64,000 nucleotides of DNA from Patescibacteria group bacterium (GCA_028717685.1 JAQUNI010000001.1:548062-612061), one strand, 5' to 3'. Positions 47,694-57,309 are shown, counted from the first letter of the stretch. The notes: generated by a model from the sequence alone, not told the origin. Numbers and translations are program-made.

Positions 47694-49127
47694 ATGAGAA
47701 TCAATCCTTTCGTTTTCAGAAACTATGATATCAGGGGCATTGTGGGCAAAGAGCTAGATAGCGAGAAAGTATACGCAATTGCCAAGGCGTATGGAACTTT
47801 TTTACAAAGAAGAAAAATACGCCAGGCAGTAATTGGCAGAGATTGTCGGGTGAGCGGAGAAGAATTTAAAAAAGTATTTATTAAAGGTCTTAGAGAGATG
47901 GGCATTGATCTTATTGATATTGGTATGGTGATGACGCAAATGATGTATTACGCGCAATACCGTTTCCAGACCAATGGCGGGGTAATGATTACAGCCTCTC
48001 ATAATCCGTATAATTTTAATGGATTTAAGCTGGGAATTGGTTTTTCCCTGACAACTGGGCCGGAGGAAGTGCAGGAGATAAGAAAAAATACTCAAACCGA
48101 GCGGTATTACGTTTCAAAAAAGAAAGGTTCTATCACAAAAGCTGACATCAGAGAAGATTATTTTAATGATGTTTTAAAGCGTCTTCGTTTAAAGAGAAAG
48201 TTTAAGGTTGTCGTTGATTTTAGGCATGGAACACCCGCTATGTATGTTCCTGAACTTTTCAAAAGAGCGGGTTGCAAACTGATTTTACGCAGAGAGAATG
48301 TGGATGGCAATTTTCCGGCGGGGACCCCGGATCCTACTGATGAAAAATTCATCAGGGAACTTGGCAAGGTTGTTCTTGCCGAGAAAGCCGATTTAGGACT
48401 CGCATTTGACGGCGATGGCGATAGGATAGGAATGGTTGACGAAAAGGGAAATATTTTATGGAATGATGTTGTGGTGGCAATTTTCGCGCAAGAAATATTA
48501 GAGAGATTTCCTAATTCAAAAATTATTTATAATACGCTTTGTTCACAGGTGGTTCAGAAAGTTATTAGTCGGAATGGCGGGATTCCGATGATGTGGAGAA
48601 CCGGACACTCATTTATTAAGAAAAAAATCGCTGAAGAGCAAGCCGCATTCGGAGGAGAACTTTCCGGACATTTTTTCTTTAATGATAATGCCTATGGTCA
48701 TGACGATGGAACATACGCCGCATTGAGAATTTTAGAGTATTTATCTGATAAAAAGCTTTCATTGAGTAAATTGTATCAAAGTTTTCCGCGATATATTTCC
48801 TCGCCCGAGATTAAGATTGGATGCGCGGATGAGAGAAAAGTCGCTGCTGTTGCGGATATTGCTAAAAGGTTTAGAAAGGATTTTCCGAACGCAAAAATTA
48901 CTGACGCGACAGTTATTCCAGGAGATGATGGAACACGCGCTGATTTTGATGATGGTATGATGATTTTTAGATATTCTCAAAATGGCCCATATATTACGGT
49001 CAAATTTGAAGCGCGGAGCAAGAAAGTTTATGATAAGCGGAAGAAATATGTCCGGGAAATGCTGGAAAGATATCCTGAAATGATTTGGGAAGACCAGCTG
49101 TGTGTTAATCTTGAATCACTTCAGTAA
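47694..49127 (+). CDS. Phosphohexomutase (phosphomannomutase/phosphoglucomutase family)
   Basis: Active-site TASHNP, metal-binding DGDGDR, sugar-binding GELSGH and phosphate-binding motifs. Confidence 0.9.
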   Translation: MRINPFVFRNYDIRGIVGKELDSEKVYAIAKAYGTFLQRRKIRQAVIGRDCRVSGEEFKKVFIKGLREMGIDLIDIGMVMTQMMYYAQYRFQTNGGVMITASHNPYNFNGFKLGIGFSLTTGPEEVQEIRKNTQTERYYVSKKKGSITKADIREDYFNDVLKRLRLKRKFKVVVDFRHGTPAMYVPELFKRAGCKLILRRENVDGNFPAGTPDPTDEKFIRELGKVVLAEKADLGLAFDGDGDRIGMVDEKGNILWNDVVVAIFAQEILERFPNSKIIYNTLCSQVVQKVISRNGGIPMMWRTGHSFIKKKIAEEQAAFGGELSGHFFFNDNAYGHDDGTYAALRILEYLSDKKLSLSKLYQSFPRYISSPEIKIGCADERKVAAVADIAKRFRKDFPNAKITDATVIPGDDGTRADFDDGMMIFRYSQNGPYITVKFEARSKKVYDKRKKYVREMLERYPEMIWEDQLCVNLESLQ

Positions 49128-49208
49128 ATAAATACCGCAAGAATGATTAGTGTTGTTTATACCTCTTGTGGATAATTTTTTTGACTCTCTATTGCAGAGT
49201 ATGATAAA

Positions 49209-49243
49209 GTATGATAGTATCATATTGAATCATACTTTTTTTA
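49209..49243 (+). terminator. Rho-independent terminator after the phosphohexomutase gene
   Basis: Stem agtatgat / atcatact followed by TTTTTTTATT. Confidence 0.5.
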
Positions 49244-49317
49244 TTAACAAATTTTTTAAAAGTGGTTAACAGACCCCCTCCAACCTCCCCCTTGGTAAGG
49301 GGGAGAAAATTATAGCG

Positions 49318-50160
49318 ATGTCCAGAGAAAGATTAACAATTACCATTAACAAACGACTCATCGGCTTATTAGACGATTTTATTGACGGTGAGAAGATCCG
49401 CAACCGTTCGCACGCGATTGAGTATCTTTTGAGTAAAACGCTGGCGCCCAAGGTTTCGCGCGCGATTATTTTAGCGGGTGGCCAAGGCTTAAAAATGCGG
49501 CCTTTTACCTATGAAATGCCGAAGTGTTTGATTCCAGTGCGCGGCAAACCTCTTCTCGAGCACACTTTGGATTTATTAAAGAAATATGAAATCCGCGACA
49601 TTGTGATTACGATCGGACACCTGGGAGAGAAGGTGCGGAATCATTTTGGCGACGGCTCGCGGTTCGGGGTAAAAATTACCTATGCGGATCAAGGAGAGGG
49701 TTTTCGGGGGACGGGCGGCGCTTTGAAGGTGGCAAGGAATCTAGCGGGACATCCTTTTTTGCTTTTCTATGGAGACGTCTTAGCAAATATTGATTTAAAT
49801 GATTTGATTGACTTTCATAAAAGCCATGGCAAAACAATGACGATGGCTTTAACGAGCGTGGAGGATTCATCGGTTTGGGGAGTGGTGCAGCTTCACGGCT
49901 CCCAAATCCGGGATTTTGTGGAAAAGCCTAAACAGAGCCAGAGATTATCGCGGCTTATCAACGCAGGGATTTATGTCGTGGAGCCTAAGATTTTTGATTA
50001 TTTCCCCGGAAAAAATATTTTTCGCCTGGAAGAAGATGTTTTCCCAAAGCTCGCGCAAAGCGATGAACTATATGGCTATCCTTTTGAGGGGCAATGGTTT
50101 GACATTGGCACGCCTGAAATTTACGCGCGGGTGATTAAGGAGTGGAACGGGATCAAATAA
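49318..50160 (+). CDS. Sugar-1-phosphate nucleotidylyltransferase with an N-terminal ribbon-helix-helix (CopG-like) domain
   Basis: Residues 1-45 (ERLTITINKRLIGLLDDFIDGEKIRNRSHAIEYLL) match the RHH beta-alpha-alpha pattern. The remainder is an NTP-transferase fold (ILAGGQGLKMRP…, GTGGAL, YGDVL). Just upstream, a hairpin ctccccc/gggggag includes the RBS. Confidence 0.7.
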   Translation: MSRERLTITINKRLIGLLDDFIDGEKIRNRSHAIEYLLSKTLAPKVSRAIILAGGQGLKMRPFTYEMPKCLIPVRGKPLLEHTLDLLKKYEIRDIVITIGHLGEKVRNHFGDGSRFGVKITYADQGEGFRGTGGALKVARNLAGHPFLLFYGDVLANIDLNDLIDFHKSHGKTMTMALTSVEDSSVWGVVQLHGSQIRDFVEKPKQSQRLSRLINAGIYVVEPKIFDYFPGKNIFRLEEDVFPKLAQSDELYGYPFEGQWFDIGTPEIYARVIKEWNGIK

Positions 50161-50250
50161 ATGAAAAATTGTCTCGCTATGCGAGATCTGGCGGAGCCAG
50201 AAAAATGAAAAATGCAAAATTGCAATGCAAAATTAAAAATTGAATAAGAG
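50161..50250. repeat. Composite palindromic intergenic repeat element, copy 2 (reverse orientation relative to copy 1)
   Basis: AATGAAAAATTGTCTCGCTATGCGAGATCTGGCGGAGCCAGAAAAATGAAAAATGCAAAATTGCAATGCAAAATTAAAAATTGAATAAG. The core differs from copy 1 at about 4 positions. Confidence 0.55.
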
Positions 50251-50390
50251 ATTTTTTAGATTGCAGGGTTGCGTTTTTTATTTTTTTGATCAGTTCTTTT
50301 TTAAGTTGGTTTAAATCTTTGATTTGAACCAAAATGGTTCTTTATGATTTATGATTTGGTGGTATTGGATTTTTGGATAAGGGAGGAGCA

Positions 50391-50657
50391 ATGAGATCTT
50401 TTGATGAGGTTAAACAGGATATCTTGAGTCAGATTGAGCACGTGGCGTCAGTAAGATGCGATAGTACAGTAGCGGCTTGCTCTTTGAGGCGGAGAGAGAA
50501 TATAAAATTCAGAATAAGTGGAGGGAGTTGCCCTGGAGCAAAGAGTGTTTGTGACGATGTGGAAGGCGCTTCTTCTATCCAAGGGCTGAAAGATAGCTTA
50601 GGCAGTCTAATGTGCGTTCAAACAATGTTTGGAGATATTTTGAAGGAGGGTGAGTAG
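50391..50657 (+). CDS. Hypothetical small protein, 88 aa, Cys-rich; first of a three-gene cassette
   Basis: RBS GGGAGGAG 6 nt before the ATG. Five Cys residues (…VRCDSTVAACSLRR…GGSCPGAKSVCDD…LMCVQ…). Confidence 0.4.
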   Translation: MRSFDEVKQDILSQIEHVASVRCDSTVAACSLRRRENIKFRISGGSCPGAKSVCDDVEGASSIQGLKDSLGSLMCVQTMFGDILKEGE

Positions 50658-50869
50658 TGGAGGAGGAAGAAATTTTTGACATTTTGCCTAGGCCCACAAA
50701 GAATATTAGTGCCGAGGAGATTCAGATGGCACTAATTGAGCTGCAAAATGCAGGAATAAAAACTTTTATGGGGGGTTATGATGTAGAAGCTTTGTTGATG
50801 TCAGTTTCAGAAGAAGGGGGGCAAGATGAACTTGGGGAAGTATATAGAGAATCTCAAGAACGATCTTGA
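50657..50869 (+). CDS. Hypothetical small, highly acidic protein, 70 aa, GTG start overlapping the upstream stop
   Basis: RBS GAAGGAGGG; start coupled to the stop of the previous ORF (TAGTGG). Begins MEEEEIFDIL. Confidence 0.35.
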   Translation: MEEEEIFDILPRPTKNISAEEIQMALIELQNAGIKTFMGGYDVEALLMSVSEEGGQDELGEVYRESQERS

Positions 50870-51041
50870 GAATGGGGGCGTGGCAGATGATTCGGTCGCT
50901 GTACTTTGTTATATTACAGCAGCGAATCGTGCTAAAGAAGTTATCCAAGCAGGCGGACCAGAAAAAGAGACTGCTCAAAGTTTTCTAGATCTTTGTATGC
51001 AGTCAGGCTGTGAAGGTTTAAGAACTGTTGTAGCTCTATAA
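50826..51041 (+). CDS. Hypothetical small protein, 71 aa, four Cys; overlaps the previous ORF by 44 nt in another frame
   Basis: RBS GAAGGGGGG before the ATG; C-terminus …LDLCMQSGCEGLRTVVAL. Confidence 0.35.
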   Translation: MNLGKYIENLKNDLENGGVADDSVAVLCYITAANRAKEVIQAGGPEKETAQSFLDLCMQSGCEGLRTVVAL

Positions 51042-51064
51042 TTAGTTCTTTGTTTGAAATCAAA

Positions 51065-51116
51065 AGACCGTGTGTAATTAAGACCCTTCTTAATTATTAC
51101 ACGGTCTATTTTTTTA
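51065..51116. terminator. Long bidirectional terminator between the small-ORF cassette (+) and trpS (-)
   Basis: A 17-bp stem gaccgtgtgtaattaag / cttaattattacacggtc flanked by A-run/T-run on both sides. Confidence 0.6.
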
Positions 51117-51148
51117 GAGATTTTAGATTTTCAATTTTAGATTTTAGA

Positions 51149-52126
51149 CTATCTCACCCCAATTTTCTCTCGTATTTCTTGCAAATTTTTCCCCGCGATT
51201 TCGCGCGCCCTTTTTGCGCCCTCAATTAAAATATTTTTTACTTCTTCGGGCTTTTGTTTCAACTCCGCATATTTTACACGCATATCGCCAAAGTGCAAGG
51301 CAATGTTTTGAGCCAAGATTTTCTTGCATTCCACGCAGCCCAAATTTCCCGAACGGCAATCTCTTTCAATGGTTTTTACTAAATCGGGGAGGGAGAATAA
51401 TTTGTGCAAGGCAAAGATATTGCATTTTTCTGGATGCCCCTTATCGCCCTTTTTTATTTTTTTAGGGTCTGTAAAAGCATTGCGCAATTTAGCGTCAATT
51501 TCTTCTTGGGATTCAAAGAGCCCAATGTAATTATTCAAAGTTTTGCTCATCTTGTTTTTACCGTCCAAGCCCATAATCCGCGGCGCTTCGGTTTTTAAGG
51601 TTTGGGGCAGAGGAAAGGTTTCGCCGAAACGTTTATTAAAGCGCTCGGCGATAAAGCGAGTAAATTCCAGATGAGGATCTTGGTCTTCGCCAACAGGAAC
51701 AGCATCGGTTTTGTAAACTAAAATGTCGGCCGCCATTAAAACAGGGTAAGAAAGCAGGGCTAAATTCAGATTATCTGGAAATTGTGTTTTTTTTTCTTTA
51801 TAAGTGGGCATGCGCTCTAACATCCCCAAGGGAGTGAGCGCTCCCAGAATCCAAGCAAGTTCAGTTTGTTCCGGGACATAAGATTGGACAGTCAAAATGG
51901 ATTTTTGAGGGTCAATACCGCAAGCGAGAAGACCAGTAGCCATCTCTATAATTTCTGAGCACAAGGTTTCTGGCTCAAAAGGCGTGGTTAAGCCATGGTA
52001 GTCCACGATTTCAAAGACACATTGGTATTGATCTTGCAGTTCCACCCAATTTTTAATTGCACCAAAATAATTGCCTAAATGTAGAGTACCCGATGGTCTG
52101 ATTCCTGAAAATAATTTTTTCTCCAT
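51149..52126 (-). CDS. trpS: Tryptophan--tRNA ligase
   Basis: 325 aa with a HIGH-type N-terminus (GIRPSGTLHLGNYFG), KMSKT, and a Cys cluster CxxGNLGCVEC. Confidence 0.95.
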   Translation of the reverse strand: MEKKLFSGIRPSGTLHLGNYFGAIKNWVELQDQYQCVFEIVDYHGLTTPFEPETLCSEIIEMATGLLACGIDPQKSILTVQSYVPEQTELAWILGALTPLGMLERMPTYKEKKTQFPDNLNLALLSYPVLMAADILVYKTDAVPVGEDQDPHLEFTRFIAERFNKRFGETFPLPQTLKTEAPRIMGLDGKNKMSKTLNNYIGLFESQEEIDAKLRNAFTDPKKIKKGDKGHPEKCNIFALHKLFSLPDLVKTIERDCRSGNLGCVECKKILAQNIALHFGDMRVKYAELKQKPEEVKNILIEGAKRAREIAGKNLQEIREKIGVR

Positions 52127-52213
52127 ATTTTTGGAATTAGTCGCGCATTAGTCAAGCGGCTATTTTTTTCAGATAATATCACGCAGAATGACTATTTTAA
52201 AATTTTTGGTTTA

Positions 52214-54001
52214 CTATGCTCCAATAATCACAGGTAAAATCATTGGCCGGCGCTCTGTGCGCTTAAACAGATATTCACCGATTTCTTCCCTGATTCGCGA
52301 TTTAATGTAAGCCTCATTCACGCTTAATTCTTTTTTACCTTTTGTATCTACAATCTTTTTGATTTGATTTTTGACTTCTTTCAGTAGTTTATCAGATTCT
52401 TTCATATAAATAAAGCCGCGAGAGACAATATCTGGTTCGCCAATTAAAGCGCCGTTATCCTTGTTGACAGTGATAATCACCACGAACATTCCATCTTTGG
52501 CCATTTGCTGACGGTCGCGCAAGACTACATGGCCAACATCGCCGATACCGAGGCCATCAACTAGGACATAGCCAGAGGGTACTTTATCTTTTAAGATAAG
52601 CCCTTTCTGTTCTTGGTCAATATTCAGGATTTGACCGTTCTCCATAATAAAAATATTTCCGCTCGGTATGCCCAGTTCCCGGGCAATCCAAGCATTATTC
52701 ACGAGCATATGATGTTCTCCGTGGATCGGGACAAAATATTTTGGTTTCAGGAGGGAGAGCATTAGTTTCATATCCTCTTTATGGGCGTGTCCTCCAGTAT
52801 GAATATCCATAATTTTTTCATAAAATACGCGCGCGCCTAGGCGGAAGAGGTTATCCATCATATTATAGATGGAGCGTTCATTTCCTGGGATGGGAGATGA
52901 GGAGAGAATAATGGTATCCCCTTTATGAATTTTAACTTCTCTATGTTCTTGGCGGCTCATTCGGGCGAGGGCGGATGACTCTTGACCTTGACTTCCCGTA
53001 GCCACAATTACCACTTTATTATCGGGTAAGTTTTTGGCTTGTTTCAGGCTAATGACTGTATCAGGAGGAATTTTTAAGTAGTTAAGGCGCACAGTAATTT
53101 CCACTGCTTTTTCCAGCGACATTCCCGAGAAGGCGAGTTTACGGCCGGTTTGATAAGCAGAGTTTACAGCCTGCTGGATTCGGCTGATCAAAGTAGAAAA
53201 AGTGGCCATAATAATGCGTCCTTTAGCGGTTTCAAAGATGCGGTGCAATGTTCTACCAATCTTTTTTTCAGAGATAGAGTGGCCTTCTTTTTCGGCGCTT
53301 GTGGAGTCGCACATCGCGACAAGGACACCTCTGCCTCCGAGGAGTGCGATGCGCGAGAAGTCGCTCGGTTTTTCGTCAACAGGCGTGTAGTCAAATTTAA
53401 AATCACCAGTCGTCACGCACAGCCCGACGGGGGTGTAGATGGCGATGCCCACACCATCCGGAATATTATGATTGACGCGAAAGAATTCTAATTCAAAATT
53501 GCCGATCCGGATATTGTCATTGACCGTGAAGGTATTGAGACGCGCTCTTTTGTCCATTCCAAATTCTGCCAAGCGATCACGGATGAGTTCAATGGTGAGG
53601 GGCGTACCATAAAGGTAGGGGTTGCCTAGTTTTTCCAAAAGATAAGGGATTGCCCCAATATGATCTAGATGACCATGCGTAAAAATTATGCCGCGAATTT
53701 TATGCTTATTTTTAACAAGGTAAGAGATATCCGGGATCACATAGTCAATGCCGAGCATTTCTTCGTTGGGAAACATTAGCCCCATATCAATCACGATAAT
53801 ATCATTTCCATATTCAAAAACCGTCATATTTTTACCCACCTCTTCCAAGCCGCCTAAAGGAACGATTTTTAGGTTTGAGTCGCGAGGCTCGGAAAGAGGG
53901 GGAGACGGGATAGACTTGATAGCGGGTGGAAGTGTGGGTAGGGGTTTGGTAGTAAACTTTGGTTTTTTGTGATGAAGCATGATATAAAGGTCAAAAGTCA
54001 A
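52214..54001 (-). CDS. rnj: Ribonuclease J (beta-CASP metallo-beta-lactamase RNase)
   Basis: HxHxDH motif FTHGHLDHIG with beta-CASP motifs. The N-terminal 45 aa are Pro-rich; the functional start may be the ATG at 53980. Confidence 0.9.
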   Translation of the reverse strand: MTFDLYIMLHHKKPKFTTKPLPTLPPAIKSIPSPPLSEPRDSNLKIVPLGGLEEVGKNMTVFEYGNDIIVIDMGLMFPNEEMLGIDYVIPDISYLVKNKHKIRGIIFTHGHLDHIGAIPYLLEKLGNPYLYGTPLTIELIRDRLAEFGMDKRARLNTFTVNDNIRIGNFELEFFRVNHNIPDGVGIAIYTPVGLCVTTGDFKFDYTPVDEKPSDFSRIALLGGRGVLVAMCDSTSAEKEGHSISEKKIGRTLHRIFETAKGRIIMATFSTLISRIQQAVNSAYQTGRKLAFSGMSLEKAVEITVRLNYLKIPPDTVISLKQAKNLPDNKVVIVATGSQGQESSALARMSRQEHREVKIHKGDTIILSSSPIPGNERSIYNMMDNLFRLGARVFYEKIMDIHTGGHAHKEDMKLMLSLLKPKYFVPIHGEHHMLVNNAWIARELGIPSGNIFIMENGQILNIDQEQKGLILKDKVPSGYVLVDGLGIGDVGHVVLRDRQQMAKDGMFVVIITVNKDNGALIGEPDIVSRGFIYMKESDKLLKEVKNQIKKIVDTKGKKELSVNEAYIKSRIREEIGEYLFKRTERRPMILPVIIGA

Positions 54002-54086
54002 ATCTCAAAAGTTAAAAGTATCATTCTGAATTTTTTATTGTAGTTAAGATTTGAGTTTTGATTTTTGAGTTTTGAGTTTATGTTAG

Positions 54087-54171
54087 TGCTGGGAGGGAGA
54101 TTTGAACTCCCATGGTATTGCTACCGCTAGCCCCTGAAGCTAGTGCGTCTGCCAAATTTCGCCATCCCAGC
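54087..54171 (-). tRNA. tRNA-Leu (anticodon CAG)
   Basis: rc is GCTGGGATGGCGAAATTTGGCAGACGCACTAGCTTCAGGGGCTAGCGGTAGCAATACCATGGGAGTTCAAATCTCCCTCCCAGCA. 85 nt with a long variable arm and anticodon loop TTCAGGG. Confidence 0.85.
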
Positions 54172-54339
54172 ATTTTTTGAAAAGGCGCATCACGGCAGCG
54201 ATTTTCAGACAAGAATCGTGATTTTCTGAAGATCTCGCGCAGTGATAGCAAGAAGAGAGGTTAGAATAAACCCTTGCAATTTGGTTAATCAATAAATTAT
54301 TATTTTGTTTTTTATTTAAAAGGGGAGGAAAAAACAGTT

Positions 54340-56202
54340 TTATTCGTCTTGGCGTAAGAGTTGCCTTTTTTGTTCTGTATACCAGTAGGATAGTCCCGCA
54401 AAACGTTCGTAAGGGAAGACGACCTTTTCACTTTCAATACCTTTGATTTTTTTATTGACGCCGCAGAGATAGATGGATCTGTAGAGAGGAATAACTGGTA
54501 TTTCTTGATTTAATATTTGTTCTAATTTTTTGTAATCTTCTTGCTGTAAGATCGGGTCATCGATAGTTTTTAGTTCTTCTAGAATTTTATCCGCTTCTGT
54601 GTTTTCAAAAGAAGCTAAGTTTAATCCGGGGTCGCGGATTTGCGAAGAATGCCAAAAGATATAAAGATCAGGATCGTGGACTAACACTTCTCCGTAGATG
54701 AGGGCGTCAAAATTACGCGGTCGGATATATTCTTGTTGAATTTTTGCCGTATTATAGGATTCCGTGATCAGTTCAATTCCCACTTGTCTGTAGGCGGTTT
54801 TTAGAATTTCCGCGGTTTGGACATATTCCGTCCAATCCGTAGTCACAAGAGTAAAACTTAAACGGTCTTTACCTTTAGCATATATTCCATCCGTCCCTTT
54901 TGTCCAGCCCTCTTTTTCTAAAATTTGCTCTGTTTCTTGGGGGTTAAACTCCCGTTTGGTAAGATTTTCTACATCCCTCGGGGCTGAAGCCCTTTCGGGA
55001 CTGAAGTCTGCCAAGAGAAGGGGGGAGTAGGTTATTTGTCCGGCGTCTGCGATAGCTTCCTCAATAATTTGTTTCTTTGGGGTCGCATATTCTAAGGCTT
55101 CGCGAATATACTTCTCTTTAAATAATTTATTGCGGTTTGGATTTAGAAATATAGAATATATATGAGGCAATTCTAGAGAGTAGAGATTTAGAAAGTCGTT
55201 ATTAGCAAGTTTATTTTTATATCCTTTAGGAATATAGCCCGTTCCATCAATCTGGCGGCTTTGCAGATCTGAAAGTAGAGTATCAAAATCGGGATAGAAT
55301 TGGAAATTTAGTTTTTCTAGATAGGGCTTCAGACCATAATAATTAGGGTTCGGCTTTAAGGAGTAGGATTCAATGCCGCCTTCTTTGTTTTTTTTAAGTT
55401 TGTAAAATTGCCATGGTCCAGAGCCGATTGGTTTTAGATTATATTCAGATAAAGGGGCGTTCGCCGAGGGGATTGTTTCCCAGATATGCATGGGCAGGAT
55501 GCCAAAGGTGAGCATGGAAAGAAAGGGAGCATAGGGTTCTTTGAGGGTAAACTTAAGTTTTAATGCGTCGATTTTTTCCATTTCTACGCTCAAAAAACTT
55601 GAGCGCAGGGGGCTTTTAAAGTCCGGGTCTTGAATTCTGTGAATGGTGAAAATAATATCGTCAGTAGTCAAAGGCTCGCCATCCTGCCAGATGAGGTTAG
55701 GCTTTAACGTGAATGTATAGGTCTTTTTATCCTCTGAAATTTCATAATCTCGGGCTAAGTCTGGAACCAATTCCTGTTTGTCATTATAAATCATTAAGCC
55801 GGAAAAGATGAGGTAGGCGAGATCCATATCAATGTCGTTGGTTTGGGCCAGAATAGGATTCACGTATTTAGGCTGACCTACTAGCCCCTCGGTATATTGC
55901 CCCCCTTGGGCTGGCACTAATTTGGAGTGCTTCAGATAATAGATATCTATCCAAAAGACAACACTGGCAAGAATGATGCCGCTTAAGATAAAGATCACGA
56001 TCCGCTCCCAAGGTTTCAAGGTGCGGGGGATATTAGCAATCTGTTTTAATTTAGGAATGCGGATTTTCTTTGATTCTTCTTTAGAAAAAAAGGAAGTCCG
56101 CAGGGGGCGGATTTGTTTTAGGCCATCCAGGGATTTTTTGAAGAGAGAGGAGGAAGAAAGATTAGAGGATACTTCTTTCTCTTTTTCCCCGATTTTGGAC
56201 AT
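54340..56202 (-). CDS. ABC transporter substrate-binding protein, family 5 (oligopeptide/nickel type), membrane anchored
   Basis: 620 aa with an N-terminal TM anchor after a Ser/Lys-rich segment; length and composition typical of SBP_bac_5. Confidence 0.7.
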   Translation of the reverse strand: MSKIGEKEKEVSSNLSSSSLFKKSLDGLKQIRPLRTSFFSKEESKKIRIPKLKQIANIPRTLKPWERIVIFILSGIILASVVFWIDIYYLKHSKLVPAQGGQYTEGLVGQPKYVNPILAQTNDIDMDLAYLIFSGLMIYNDKQELVPDLARDYEISEDKKTYTFTLKPNLIWQDGEPLTTDDIIFTIHRIQDPDFKSPLRSSFLSVEMEKIDALKLKFTLKEPYAPFLSMLTFGILPMHIWETIPSANAPLSEYNLKPIGSGPWQFYKLKKNKEGGIESYSLKPNPNYYGLKPYLEKLNFQFYPDFDTLLSDLQSRQIDGTGYIPKGYKNKLANNDFLNLYSLELPHIYSIFLNPNRNKLFKEKYIREALEYATPKKQIIEEAIADAGQITYSPLLLADFSPERASAPRDVENLTKREFNPQETEQILEKEGWTKGTDGIYAKGKDRLSFTLVTTDWTEYVQTAEILKTAYRQVGIELITESYNTAKIQQEYIRPRNFDALIYGEVLVHDPDLYIFWHSSQIRDPGLNLASFENTEADKILEELKTIDDPILQQEDYKKLEQILNQEIPVIPLYRSIYLCGVNKKIKGIESEKVVFPYERFAGLSYWYTEQKRQLLRQDE

Positions 56203-56206
56203 ATTG

Positions 56207-56422
56207 TTAAATTAATACGTTCACTAACGCTATCGCGCCAAAGGCAATAGCTAAAAATATAGTCGCGCGAAAGACAATTTTTTCCACGCCTCTTTTAGTG
56301 CGGTAAAATCCTCCTTCGCCGCCAAAAGCACTGCCTAAACCTGTGCCGCGGGCTTGGACTAAAATCGCCGCCGTGAGCAATATTGCGAGGATAATCTGGA
56401 CAATTTTTAATATTTGTGACAT
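56207..56422 (-). CDS. secG: Preprotein translocase subunit SecG
   Basis: 71 aa with two TM helices and a Gly-rich loop (GTGLGSAFGGEGG). Confidence 0.8.
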   Translation of the reverse strand: MSQILKIVQIILAILLTAAILVQARGTGLGSAFGGEGGFYRTKRGVEKIVFRATIFLAIAFGAIALVNVLI

Positions 56423-56727
56423 ATTAAAACAAGGTCTTGCTTAAAACAAAAGGTGATTATAGAATACCATTTTAGAGTGGAGGAGTCAATAAGAAGGGAA
56501 GCAGGAATAGGGAATAGGGAATTATAAATAATAAATAATTCTTTTATCTCTTTATTTCTAATTCATTTTATTGTTCTTTTTATCCAGTGTTCTTTTAATC
56601 ACAAAGACACTCTTGCCGGAGATTTTCATTTTCGGCAAGATTTTTCTGTTTCGGTTTTTGATTTTTTGCTGGGCTCTTTTAATTGGGTGGGTCATAGGTA
56701 TTTGATATTTAGAAGGAGGTATTTTTT

Positions 56728-56961
56728 ATGGGTGGAGCAGGAAGAGTTGATTGTGGTCTGTCTAATAAGGGAGATTCTTATCCGAATTCTCCAATGAACT
56801 ATTCAGATCCGGTAGAATTTATAGCCACACCATCAAGATTACAAGAGAGGGTTGATGCCTTAGAAGCACAAGTTGCAGAACTTACCGAGTTAGTTAAGAA
56901 GCTCCAAAAAGGAGAAAAAGACGAGGAGGCTGACTTATTTGCTCGGACAGAGTTAAGTTGA
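56728..56961 (+). CDS. Hypothetical small protein, 77 aa, with a C-terminal coiled-coil
   Basis: Strong RBS GAAGGAGG; hairpin terminator gctgat/atcagc plus T-run at 57023-57046. Confidence 0.4.
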   Translation: MGGAGRVDCGLSNKGDSYPNSPMNYSDPVEFIATPSRLQERVDALEAQVAELTELVKKLQKGEKDEEADLFARTELS

Positions 56962-57082
56962 AAGGAGGATTTTCGCGATATTGCGGCAGATTTAGTTATC
57001 TAGAGCCCTTATAACGATTAAGGCTGATGAGAAAATCAGCTTTTTGCCAACATTCAGTTGGCTTTTTTTATTTTTTCCCTTT

Positions 57083-57212
57083 GTTGGCTCCATAGTGGCG
57101 TTAGCCCTATGGAGCCATAATGCAAGCCGTGAAGAGAAAATATGATCAGACTTTATGTGCATTGCGGCTCCATAAGCTCCTCGCTTCGCTCGGGGACTAT
57201 GGAGCCAACAGA
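57083..57212. repeat. Cluster of GGCTCCATAG / CTATGGAGCC(AAC) motifs forming two hairpins; a further copy at 59548-59565
   Basis: gttGGCTCCATAG (57083-57095) pairs with CTATGGAGCC (57106-57115). GGCTCCATA (57167) pairs with TATGGAGCCaac (57197-57212). The same 18-mer GGGGACTATGGAGCCAAC recurs upstream of uvrA. Confidence 0.5.
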
Positions 57213-57309
57213 GTCATTAAAGAGCAAGGCAGACAAAGAGACGATGATATCTTCCAAATTATACTTTAACTTTTCAAGACTTAGGTCTGCTCTTCTAATC
57301 TCTGGACTT

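Noticed and set aside
54172-54339. Integrated element at the tRNA-Leu 3' flank
   Set aside because: No integrase, no direct repeat of the tRNA 3' end, and the next gene is an ordinary ABC substrate-binding protein.
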